A stretch of DNA of 64,000 nt from Burkholderiales bacterium (GTDB taxonomy: Bacteria; Pseudomonadota; Gammaproteobacteria; Burkholderiales; Burkholderiaceae_C): NCBI GenBank assembly GCA_013044035.1, contig JABEVE010000004.1, positions 7,588-71,587 on the forward strand. Direction: 5' to 3'. The first letter of the stretch is position 1. Every line of letters starts with the position of its first letter. The position numbers and the translations under genes are program-made. This document shows positions 33,382-40,906 of the stretch, piece after piece. Under the pieces are notes generated by a model. It was given only the letters and a program-made list of their open reading frames with translations. It searched no databases and was not told the DNA's origin.

Positions 33382-34209
33382 ATGATCGACATCCACCAGC
33401 ACATCAACGCGGCACGCGCTCGGCTCGACGCCATCGCCCAGCGTCTCGGCGTCGAGCCCTTTGTCATGTACCTCGGACTCGCCTTCCTCATCACCCTGGT
33501 CTTGGCACTTCTGATCGTGCCGAGCCAGAGCACCCCACATCCATCTTTGCCCGCGCCGTTGCCGATGGCCTCGCCGCCGAAGCAGCCGGCCGCCACCACG
33601 GGTGCAGCCGCCCCAGCGTCAGCACCCGCATCCCTGATGCAAGCCGAGCTCCCCGCGCTGACCTTGAGCCCAAACCAAGCCGTTGAATCTGGGGCGTGGC
33701 AATTGAGGGTGGAAACCGTCGCAGCCGTGCAGGGTCAAGACCCCGCGACCCTGCCTGCTCAGTTGATCGGCACCATCGTGCAGTCGGCGCCCAGCGCGAG
33801 TTTTTCCGGCGCCATCCCGAGCTCGATTGCCCCGTTCATCACCCCAGGGCAACCAGCGCGTCTTGCCTACAGCTTTGACTTCGACGCCCCTGCTGCTGGC
33901 TCCTACCTGTTGACGGCTGTGCTGGGTGGCAAAGCCTCCGGCGAAGTCCGCCTGACGCTCGACGACCGGGCCGACACGCAGGTCTCACTGACTCGCAAGT
34001 ACAACGTGATCTGGACACCCGACGCGCCGCCCGTGACGATCTCATCCACCGTCAACCTCGCGGCTGGGCTGCACGCCATCAAGGCCGTGCTCGACACCAC
34101 CGCGACGACCGACGCCGGCGCAGCGCCCGTGCTCGACTTCTACATCAAGCCACAGGCCGCGAGCTTGCCCACGGCCATGGTGCCGATGTGGCCGGCGGCT
34201 CGGCGCTAA
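33382..34209 (+). CDS. Membrane-anchored protein with Pro/Ala linker and PA14-like beta-sandwich
   Basis: TM YLGLAFLITLVLALLIV; FDAPAAGSYLL, VRLTLDD, VNLAAGLHAIKA resemble PA14 strand pattern. Confidence 0.6.
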   Translation: MIDIHQHINAARARLDAIAQRLGVEPFVMYLGLAFLITLVLALLIVPSQSTPHPSLPAPLPMASPPKQPAATTGAAAPASAPASLMQAELPALTLSPNQAVESGAWQLRVETVAAVQGQDPATLPAQLIGTIVQSAPSASFSGAIPSSIAPFITPGQPARLAYSFDFDAPAAGSYLLTAVLGGKASGEVRLTLDDRADTQVSLTRKYNVIWTPDAPPVTISSTVNLAAGLHAIKAVLDTTATTDAGAAPVLDFYIKPQAASLPTAMVPMWPAARR

Positions 34210-34220
34210 AGGAGACGGCC

Positions 34221-34517
34221 ATGCGCCACCGCCTTCTCAAACTCGAACTGGTCGCGGCTGTGGCCGGGTTCCTGATCGCCGGCGAGCTGGCCGGGCCTGT
34301 GTGGGCGCTGGCCGGCGCGCTGGGGGGTTTGCTGGCATGGATGGCGCTCAAGCGCGCAGCGCCGACGCTGATCCGCGGAAGCGTGGTGTTTGCAGCCGCA
34401 TTCGCAATCGCCGCCGACAAGGCTGTTGGGCCGAGGTGGGCCTGGGCTGGCGCCGTGCTCGGCGCTCTGTTCTGGCTTGGCCTGGCCGACCTGCGCGAGC
34501 GACTGCGCAAGTCGTAG
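34221..34517 (+). CDS. Small multi-pass membrane protein
   Basis: AAGGAG RBS; 98 aa, about four Gly/Ala-rich TM helices. Confidence 0.7.
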   Translation: MRHRLLKLELVAAVAGFLIAGELAGPVWALAGALGGLLAWMALKRAAPTLIRGSVVFAAAFAIAADKAVGPRWAWAGAVLGALFWLGLADLRERLRKS

Positions 34518-34520
34518 CCA

Positions 34521-34592
34521 GATCAAGGACTTGCGGACACCCTGCGCAGCACCCTGGCTGTCACCCTGACAGACACCCTGCGGCATGCCCTG
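34521..34592. repeat. IHF-like box plus 12-bp-period CACCCTG repeats
   Basis: GATCAAGGACTTG at 34521; CACCCTG at 34538, 34550, 34562, 34574, degenerate at 34586. Confidence 0.7.
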
Positions 34593-34595
34593 CCC

Positions 34596-34631
34596 AGCCC
34601 GCCCCATCGTGATGATGCGGCGGGCTTTTTT
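34596..34631 (+). terminator. Rho-independent terminator
   Basis: AGCCCGCC...GGCGGGCTTTTTT. Confidence 0.75.
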
Positions 34632-34643
34632 GCGCCCGCTGAT

Positions 34644-34660
34644 TTCGCATGCAGCGGAAT
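34644..34660 (+). promoter_or_regulatory. Island motif TTCGC-N8-GAAT
   Basis: TTCGCATGCAGCGGAAT about 51 nt before ATG 34710. Confidence 0.6.
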
Positions 34661-34709
34661 GGTTTCGAGCGCCCGGAATCCCGAGCGCCATCCCCAAAGG
34701 ACCGAAGCC

Positions 34710-35258
34710 ATGCAAACCAAGCAGCACACCCTCATCATCATCGCCGTCGCCATGGCCCTTGCGCTGGGCACCGCCCATGCCCAGGGCATCAAGGGCATCA
34801 GCATGGACGCTCCCATGACCGCGCCAGTCCCCTCTGCCCCCGACCACGGGGCGTGGGCGCTCGACATCAGCACCACCAGCTATCACCTGCGCCAGTGGGC
34901 CAGGGACAGCCTCAATCAGGACAACCCAGGGCTGGGCGTTGAGTACCAGTACAGCCACAACTGGGGCGCGGCCGCGGGCTTCTACAAAAACAGTTACAGC
35001 CGCACCAGCGTCTACGCCACAGCCACCTACACCCCGCTGCACATCAGCCTGCCAGAAGGCTTCTCCATGGCCGCTGGCGGGCTTGCGGGCGCCATCAGCG
35101 GCTACACCAGCGCCGAAGCCCCCGACCGGCCCTTGATGGCCGCCGCGCTCCTGGAAATCCGTTCGCGGCAGGGGTATGGCATCAACCTGGTCGGCGTGCC
35201 CAACGCTGGGCAGTCGGCCGGCTTCATCGGCCTGCAACTGGTGGTGCCACTGACCTGA
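34710..35258 (+). CDS. Exported small beta-barrel outer membrane protein, PagP-like
   Basis: Signal peptide (AHA); SYH..NQDNPGLGVEY..GFYKNSYSRTS pattern reminiscent of PagP-like barrels; alternating C-terminal strand. Confidence 0.55.
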   Translation: MQTKQHTLIIIAVAMALALGTAHAQGIKGISMDAPMTAPVPSAPDHGAWALDISTTSYHLRQWARDSLNQDNPGLGVEYQYSHNWGAAAGFYKNSYSRTSVYATATYTPLHISLPEGFSMAAGGLAGAISGYTSAEAPDRPLMAAALLEIRSRQGYGINLVGVPNAGQSAGFIGLQLVVPLT

Positions 35259-35269
35259 GCGCCGCGCAT

Positions 35270-35286
35270 TTCGCATCCGCCCGAAT
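35270..35286 (+). promoter_or_regulatory. Island motif TTCGC-N8-GAAT
   Basis: TTCGCATCCGCCCGAAT just after the upstream stop codon, then hairpin GTGTGCCGGC..GCCGGCACAC, RBS and ATG 35337. Confidence 0.65.
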
Positions 35287-35336
35287 CCGTGTGCCGGCCC
35301 AGGCCGGCACACGCCAACACCCAAAAAGGAACCGTC

Positions 35337-36809
35337 ATGCAAACCAAACAACGCAGCTTCACCCTCGCCCCGCTGACCCTCGCCCTGGCGCTGGCCTTCG
35401 CGTCCCCGCTGGCCCATGCCGATACAGCCGGCGGCACGGTCTCCGGCTCTGGAAACGTGACCACCCAGGACAGCTCGGGCAACCTGGCGTCTGGCAACGG
35501 CGCCCTGGCTGCCGTCCAGAGCAACAACACCGCCATCGGTCAGCAAGCCCAAGCCAACGAAGGTGCCGCAACCGCCGTGGGCGCTGGCAGTCTGGCAAAC
35601 CAGAGCAGCACCGCGCTCGGCGCTGCGGCCACCGGCCAGGGCGTCGGCTCGGTCGCGGTCGGTGCGGGGGCGCAAGGGCTTCAAGGATCGTCAGTTGCGG
35701 TCGGCCAAAACGCAACCGCCAGCGTTGCCGGCGTCGCCATTGGTGCGGGCGCCAGCGTGCCCATCGCGCCAGGCGGCGCGGGGACTGCTGGTGTGGCGCT
35801 TGGCTATCAAGCCACGAGCACAGGGATTGACAGCGTTTCGCTCGGCGCTGGCAGCACGGACTTAGGCCTTGCAGGTGTTGTGAGCGTGGGCACCACATCC
35901 CAGCAGCGCCGCATCATCAACCTGGCCGCCGGTCAGGCGCCCACCGATGCGGTCAACTTGCAGCAGCTCGACGCCGCCGCTCAGGCCGCGCAGGTCTACA
36001 TCAACACCGCCACGGCCGGCGCAGTCACCACGGCGAACAGCTACACCAACCAGCAAATCACGGCCCTGCAAAACATCATCAACAGCGCCACGGCATCGGG
36101 CCTGTGCAAGTACAACCCCGCCGGAGGCATCGTGTGCGGCACCAACACCACCGCCGCCGCTGGTGCCGTCGCGCAGGGCAATGGTGCATCAGCCAACTAC
36201 GCCGGCAGCCTCGCCATCGGCCAGGGCGCAACCATCACCGCGCCCACTGGCAATGACGGCCTGACCACCGGAGCCATCGCCATCGGCAACGGTGCCCAGG
36301 CCAATGCCGACCCCGCAACGGCCATCGGCTTTCAAGCCGACGCGGCAGGAGCCAACTCGGTTGCTCTCGGCTACCAAGCCCAGGCCTACGGCACCAACAG
36401 CGTGGCGCTCGGCGCGGGCAGTGTCGCCAACCGCCCCAACAGCGTGAGCGTGGGCAGCGGCGCGCAGCAACGCCAAATCACCAACGTCGCCCCCGGCACG
36501 CAAGCGACCGATGCGGTGAACCTGGGCCAGTTGCAGCAAGCCACCGCTGGCCTGCTCGGCCAGGCCGACACCTACGCCGCCCAAGGCATCGCCATGGCCG
36601 CAGCCCTCGACATCGCGCCGCTGTACGGCCCGGATGGCTACAGCCTGAGCGCAGGCCTCGGCAGCTACGGCGGGCAGAACGCCGTGGGCATCGCGTTCTC
36701 GCGCCGCACGGCTTACTACCAGTACCCCGTGGCCTGGACCGTGGGCCTCGGCTTCAACGGCGGCAGCGGCGCGGCAGTGGGCAAGGTCGGGGCGAGCATC
36801 GGCTGGTGA
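35337..36809 (+). CDS. YadA-like trimeric autotransporter adhesin
   Basis: Signal peptide; Hep/Hag head repeats (xAIG/xALG); two neck motifs RRIINLAAG..TDAVNLQQL and RQITNVAPG..TDAVNLGQL; C-terminal anchor ending ASIGW. Confidence 0.9.
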   Translation: MQTKQRSFTLAPLTLALALAFASPLAHADTAGGTVSGSGNVTTQDSSGNLASGNGALAAVQSNNTAIGQQAQANEGAATAVGAGSLANQSSTALGAAATGQGVGSVAVGAGAQGLQGSSVAVGQNATASVAGVAIGAGASVPIAPGGAGTAGVALGYQATSTGIDSVSLGAGSTDLGLAGVVSVGTTSQQRRIINLAAGQAPTDAVNLQQLDAAAQAAQVYINTATAGAVTTANSYTNQQITALQNIINSATASGLCKYNPAGGIVCGTNTTAAAGAVAQGNGASANYAGSLAIGQGATITAPTGNDGLTTGAIAIGNGAQANADPATAIGFQADAAGANSVALGYQAQAYGTNSVALGAGSVANRPNSVSVGSGAQQRQITNVAPGTQATDAVNLGQLQQATAGLLGQADTYAAQGIAMAAALDIAPLYGPDGYSLSAGLGSYGGQNAVGIAFSRRTAYYQYPVAWTVGLGFNGGSGAAVGKVGASIGW

Positions 36810-37237
36810 GCCTAGACCATGCCCCGGCTGCGCCGGGGCATGCCTTCAGTGGGTTCGTGGCGGCGTGCATGGGGTCGGTGCCGCGTGTGTGCGGCGGCCT
36901 GCTGTGGGCCTTGCTGCTGTGGTCGGAGGTCTCCCTCACAACCAGGGTGATGCCTTCGGCCCGCGCTGCTGCGGCTTCGCCCCGAGCCCCGACGGGTCTC
37001 AGCCCTTCGGGGCTGCATCGCTATCACAAGGCATCGGCGTCAGCGCCGCCGACAACACCACTGCCACGGCCAAGGCAGTGCCCGGCTTTGCTCGGCACCC
37101 CAGGCGACGCCCGGCTACGCCCGGCTAAGGCTAGGCCCAGCCAGTGCCGCCCATGGCGGCAGGGATACGGCGCGGTGAGGCCGCGCCGCCAGGGCTCTGC
37201 ATCGCTGACTTGCGCGGGCCGGTTTGCCGTGGTCGAC

Positions 37238-37440
37238 CCCCTGTGTTGACAAGCCCGGCTGAAGCCGCCCGCGACTTTCTGCGCCTTTCTGGGATGGCGT
37301 CAGTCCCGCCAGCCCGCAAGCGGGCGCTGCGCGGCCTACGGCCTGTCATGCCTTCCGCAACCCCTCATCGCCTACGGCGACCGGCTTGAAAGATCGGCCA
37401 ATGAGGGCGGCTCCATCCGGGCAGAACATCAACACAGGGG
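37238..37440. other. Long stem-loop (about 33-bp imperfect stem, structured loop); ssi/Frpo-like candidate
   Basis: CCCCTGTGTTGA (37238-37249) pairs with TCAACACAGGGG (37429-37440); inner GCCCGGCTGAAGCCGCCC pairs with GGGCGGCTCCATCCGGGC with 2 mismatches. Confidence 0.6.
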
Positions 37441-37447
37441 ATCAATC

Positions 37448-37732
37448 GTGACCACAGCAAACCTCTACACCCCCGCGCAAGCCAGCCATTCCGAGCCCCT
37501 TCACGCCGAGGGGCTCACCACCCAGGCAGGTGGCAAGGCCAAACCAACCCAAAACCTGCCGTCTTTCGTCATCAATCAGGCCTTGGAATTCATGCAAAAG
37601 CAGGCCGCAGCCAAGGGCGTGAGCGTGAGCAAAACCGAGATTCTGTTCACCATCACCCAAGACCCGAAAGGCAACACAGCCAAGCGTTTTGAAGCGCTTT
37701 GCGACCTCGGCTTCAAGGTCGTTTTGAACTGA
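37448..37732 (+). CDS. Hypothetical protein
   Basis: 94 aa, GTG start just after the stem-loop. Confidence 0.55.
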   Translation: MTTANLYTPAQASHSEPLHAEGLTTQAGGKAKPTQNLPSFVINQALEFMQKQAAAKGVSVSKTEILFTITQDPKGNTAKRFEALCDLGFKVVLN

Positions 37733-37791
37733 TTTCAACCATCAACCAGGAGCACAACATGACCGCCACCAGCCCCGCCACCCTGGCCGAT

Positions 37792-37808
37792 TTCGCCTGG
37801 CGATGAAT
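37792..37808 (+). promoter_or_regulatory. Island motif TTCGC-N8-GAAT, degenerate copy
   Basis: TTCGCCTGGCGATGAAT about 59 nt before ATG 37866. Confidence 0.4.
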
Positions 37809-37865
37809 GGCAGTGAAGGCATCGGTCAGGCCCGCGTTGGCGAACTGACCCATTGAACTGAAAGG

Positions 37866-38174
37866 ATGACTGAAATGGCTAACTTGGAAAAGATGTCTGA
37901 GAACCTGCGGGCCGCACTTTCGCGGTCGGGGCAGGCCTCGATCGATCTGCACGCCTCGAATGATGACCGCGGCCTGAAGGATTTGATCATCGTTGAACGC
38001 GGTGGCGGCCAAATCGCGGGCGCGAGGCCGCTGGGCAACGTGCACATCGGAATCAATCGCGCGCCGACCACCAGGGCGCTCATCAGGGCGCAGCTGCGCG
38101 AATTGTTCGCGGCGCATGGCTTGACTGGCCGCGATTTTTTTGATGATGAGCCCATCATTTACGAATACGTCTGA
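37866..38174 (+). CDS. Hypothetical protein
   Basis: 102 aa with AAAGGA RBS. Confidence 0.6.
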   Translation: MTEMANLEKMSENLRAALSRSGQASIDLHASNDDRGLKDLIIVERGGGQIAGARPLGNVHIGINRAPTTRALIRAQLRELFAAHGLTGRDFFDDEPIIYEYV

Positions 38175-38230
38175 TCACGCAGCCCGGCCATCGCGCCGGG
38201 CATCACCAGCACCGCCGCCAGGAGCAAGCC

Positions 38231-38446
38231 ATGACCTACAAAACCATCACCCGCGCCCAATTTCTCGCCGAAGCTCGCGCGTGGGACATCAAGCGTCGCG
38301 CCATGCGCAGGGCCGCGTTTTTCGAGGCGATCTTCAACACATTCATGGCCGTCTTCAGCATCGTGTTCATCGCCTTGTCCTGCGTCGCCATCGCCGGCCC
38401 CGGCCTGCTGGCCCTGGCCGCCTTTTTCGGCATCGCCCCGACCTGA
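38231..38446 (+). CDS. 71-aa membrane protein
   Basis: AGGAG RBS; basic N-terminus and long hydrophobic C-terminal half. Confidence 0.65.
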   Translation: MTYKTITRAQFLAEARAWDIKRRAMRRAAFFEAIFNTFMAVFSIVFIALSCVAIAGPGLLALAAFFGIAPT

Positions 38447-38461
38447 TCGCGCCGCCCGCGT

Positions 38462-38478
38462 TTCGCATGCCGCTGAAT
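38462..38478 (+). promoter_or_regulatory. Island motif TTCGC-N8-GAAT
   Basis: TTCGCATGCCGCTGAAT, then hairpin, AAGGAG RBS and ATG 38530. Confidence 0.65.
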
Positions 38479-38529
38479 CACCATGCCGGCGCGTGCCGGC
38501 ACACCACACACCAACCAAGGAGCATCACC

Positions 38530-39042
38530 ATGCAACACACCAAAACCATCCTCACCCTCTCCAGCCTGGCCCTCGCCCTGGCCCTGGGCGGCTGCGCCGG
38601 CGTGCCTCCGGGCATGGGAGGTCAGTATCAGTCTTCGGCCTACAACTACAGCACCAGCCAGGCCCAACAGGTCCAGCAGGTGCAGCTGGGCACGGTGCTG
38701 GCCGTGCAGCAAGTCGTCATCCATGCCGGCCAAGGCGTGACCGGCGCTGGCGCGGGGCTCGGCGCCGTCGCAGGCGGCTTCGTGGGCAGCCGTGTCGGTA
38801 ACGGCAATGGGTCCACGGTCGGGGCCGTCATCGGCGCTCTTGCAGGCGCTGCTGGAGGCAACATGGTGGCGGGTAACGCTTACCAACAGCCCGGGTTGCA
38901 GATCACGGTGCGACTGGACAACGGCCAGACCATCGCCGTCACGCAAGCCTCCGATGTGCCCGTTCGAGCCGGGCAACGTGTCGAGCTCTTGGGTAGCCCC
39001 TACGGCTGGAACTCAACCGCCCGTGTCGTTCCCATCGGTTGA
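38530..39042 (+). CDS. Glycine-zipper 2TM outer membrane lipoprotein (SlyB/Pcp-like)
   Basis: Lipobox LGGC; GAGLGAVAGGFVGS..GAVIGALAGAAGG; C-terminal LQITVRLDNGQTIAVTQ..GQRV. Confidence 0.85.
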   Translation: MQHTKTILTLSSLALALALGGCAGVPPGMGGQYQSSAYNYSTSQAQQVQQVQLGTVLAVQQVVIHAGQGVTGAGAGLGAVAGGFVGSRVGNGNGSTVGAVIGALAGAAGGNMVAGNAYQQPGLQITVRLDNGQTIAVTQASDVPVRAGQRVELLGSPYGWNSTARVVPIG

Positions 39043-39057
39043 TCCCGACCCGCGCGT

Positions 39058-39074
39058 TTCGCATCCGCCTGAAT
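39058..39074 (+). promoter_or_regulatory. Island motif TTCGC-N8-GAAT
   Basis: TTCGCATCCGCCTGAAT just after upstream stop; AAGGAG RBS and ATG 39110. Confidence 0.65.
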
Positions 39075-39109
39075 ACCAGTGCCGGCGCAACCAACCAAGG
39101 AGCCTCACC

Positions 39110-39529
39110 ATGCAACCCATCCAAACCACCAAACCCGTCATCACCCTTGCCCTTACCCTGGCCCTGGCCGCCGCCTTCGGCGGCTTCTGGGTGGGCCGTA
39201 ACCAAGGCCAGGAACAGGCCAGGCAACAGGTATACGAGCTCGCCAAAGAAGCCAATCCACTGTGGCGGTTCGGTGGCCACCAAGCCCCGACTAAAGACTC
39301 TCAAACTCTGAAACTCAGGGTCGCGCAGGGGAATATTCGGGCGGCGCTCACCCTGTCAGATCGCTACCTGATTCAGGCCTCGAATACATCAGGAAAGGGC
39401 AGCCATGATGACCATGAGATCAAACTTTTACTTGAGGCTTTCCAAGCCCAGGACCAGGCCTACTCAATCCTGTATCAAAACATCCTCCGCCTGGCCTCCC
39501 CGGACCATAAGCCCTGGCCGATCTTCTGA
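39110..39529 (+). CDS. Hypothetical protein with N-terminal signal/anchor
   Basis: MQPIQTTKPVITLALTLALAAAFGGFWVG leader then helical soluble domain. Confidence 0.7.
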   Translation: MQPIQTTKPVITLALTLALAAAFGGFWVGRNQGQEQARQQVYELAKEANPLWRFGGHQAPTKDSQTLKLRVAQGNIRAALTLSDRYLIQASNTSGKGSHDDHEIKLLLEAFQAQDQAYSILYQNILRLASPDHKPWPIF

Positions 39530-39540
39530 GCCACATAGCT

Positions 39541-39664
39541 CCTAGGCCCTAGGGCCTAGGATTTCCAAGGGGAAACCCTTTGAAAATGGCATTTCGTAGG
39601 AATTTTTATGACAGACACCCAATCCTAGGGCCTATTACCTAGGGCCTAGGTCCTAGTTCCTAGG
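39541..39664. repeat. CCTAGG array flanking an AT-rich spacer
   Basis: CCTAGG at 39541, 39548, 39555, 39624, 39638, 39645, 39659; variants CCTATT 39631 and CCTAGT 39652; 7-bp period. Confidence 0.85.
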
Positions 39665-40044
39665 ATTCTATTTGTAACCAGCCAGCCGAAGGCTGGGCAG
39701 GGCCGCATGGCCCGGTGGCTGGGGTTCCGGGGCCGCATGGCGGCCCCTGCAGGCCCGGTTTTCCTGGCTTCCCAGCTTCCCCCAACTTCCGACCAGCCGA
39801 CTTGCTGCAAAAAAATCGCTGGAATGATAACAGCAGTTATCATGCATGCAATCTCGCGTACGCGGTGCAATGCCGCAAAAGATGACACGATAGGAAGCGC
39901 TAGGAGCCGTTAAACCACGCCGGCCTAGGCTACCCACAGGACACACCACCGCGAGCCAGCCAGCGGGCCGCTATTTCGGCCGCTTGCACATCACCCCAGC
40001 TTCACCGCCGCAACGTGGGTGTACCGCTTGAGCTTGTCCAGGTG

Positions 40045-40069
40045 AAAAGGCGCCCCGAGGGCGCCTTTT
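40045..40069. terminator. Bidirectional terminator
   Basis: AAAAGGCGCCC-CGA-GGGCGCCTTTT. Confidence 0.75.
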
Positions 40070-40133
40070 CAATTGCTTTGATTCTCGGAACCGGTGGTTA
40101 TTGGCAAGTAGTGAATTGTTAAGTGTCGTGTCG

Positions 40134-40159
40134 AAAAAAAGCCGCCTTGCGGCGGCTTT
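40134..40159 (-). terminator. Terminator downstream of the pilin gene
   Basis: A7-GCCGCC-TTGC-GGCGGC-TTT; reads hairpin plus U7 on minus strand. Confidence 0.8.
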
Positions 40160-40176
40160 AAGTCCCGGTAATTCTA

Positions 40177-40710
40177 TTACTGGCAGCTCGTTGGCAGATA
40201 TTGTTGCGGAATTGTCGAAGTGGCATTCGCGCCTGTCGAAGCGGCGGTGGTGCAAGTCCATTTGGCGCCACCATTCGTCGTTTCCATAATCAAGGTTTTC
40301 CCAGCAATGGCGCTGCTGATGCCACTTGTACCGGCAGCGTTAAATGTCATTTTCAGATCAAGGCCGTAATCAGTCCCAGCTGCAGCGCCGGCGGGAAGTG
40401 TTCCAGCAAACGGAGTTGCAGCCATGGAGTTAACATAACGACCGCTTTGAGTCTGAACATCAACGCACGTTGTCGTTGTGCAAGTGGCACCTGCAACATT
40501 AAGTGTCAGATTTTGAAACCCACCATTTGTATTGAAATATTCCATGAGTGAGGTTTTTGCGCCATCGGATAAGCTCAGGCCCTCAGCAACCTGCGCTCTT
40601 GCGGTGTATTGCATGTATTGAGGAATGGCGATGGCCGCCAAAATGCCGATGATGGCCACCACGATCATCAATTCGATCAGGGTGAAGCCCTGTTGCAGTT
40701 GTTTCTTCAT
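40177..40710 (-). CDS. pilA: Type IVa major pilin (PilA-like), island-borne
   Basis: Class III signal [27 protein letters not shown]; [10 protein letters not shown]; C-terminal WTC...LPTSC disulfide loop; AGGAG RBS. Confidence 0.93.
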   Translation of the reverse strand: MKKQLQQGFTLIELMIVVAIIGILAAIAIPQYMQYTARAQVAEGLSLSDGAKTSLMEYFNTNGGFQNLTLNVAGATCTTTTCVDVQTQSGRYVNSMAATPFAGTLPAGAAAGTDYGLDLKMTFNAAGTSGISSAIAGKTLIMETTNGGAKWTCTTAASTGANATSTIPQQYLPTSCQ

Positions 40711-40830
40711 CAAAAACTCCTAGGTGAGTTGGTTGTGTGCTGCGGCTTCTGCGCCATGAAAAACACCGGTATAGACGCTTGGCTGCAGCAGGGTTGGCGT
40801 CAATCCCCCCTGAAGGGGCAGGTGAAGTCG

Positions 40831-40846
40831 AGCAAGCGCCGTGCCA
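40831..40846 (-). promoter_or_regulatory. Sigma-54 (-24/-12) promoter for the pilin
   Basis: Minus strand reads TGGCACGGCGCTTGCT, matching TGGCACG-N4-TTGCW. Confidence 0.85.
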
Positions 40847-40906
40847 TGTGCGAATGCGTGCAATAGTTCACAGAAGCTTGCTTTCGGGCTTTGCGTGATG
40901 GAGCCA

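Noticed and set aside
33321-39074. Integron cassette array (motif as attC)
   Set aside because: No GTTRRRY/RYYYAAC cores, no attC-like bottom-strand hairpin architecture, and the integrase is P4-type without recognisable IntI features.
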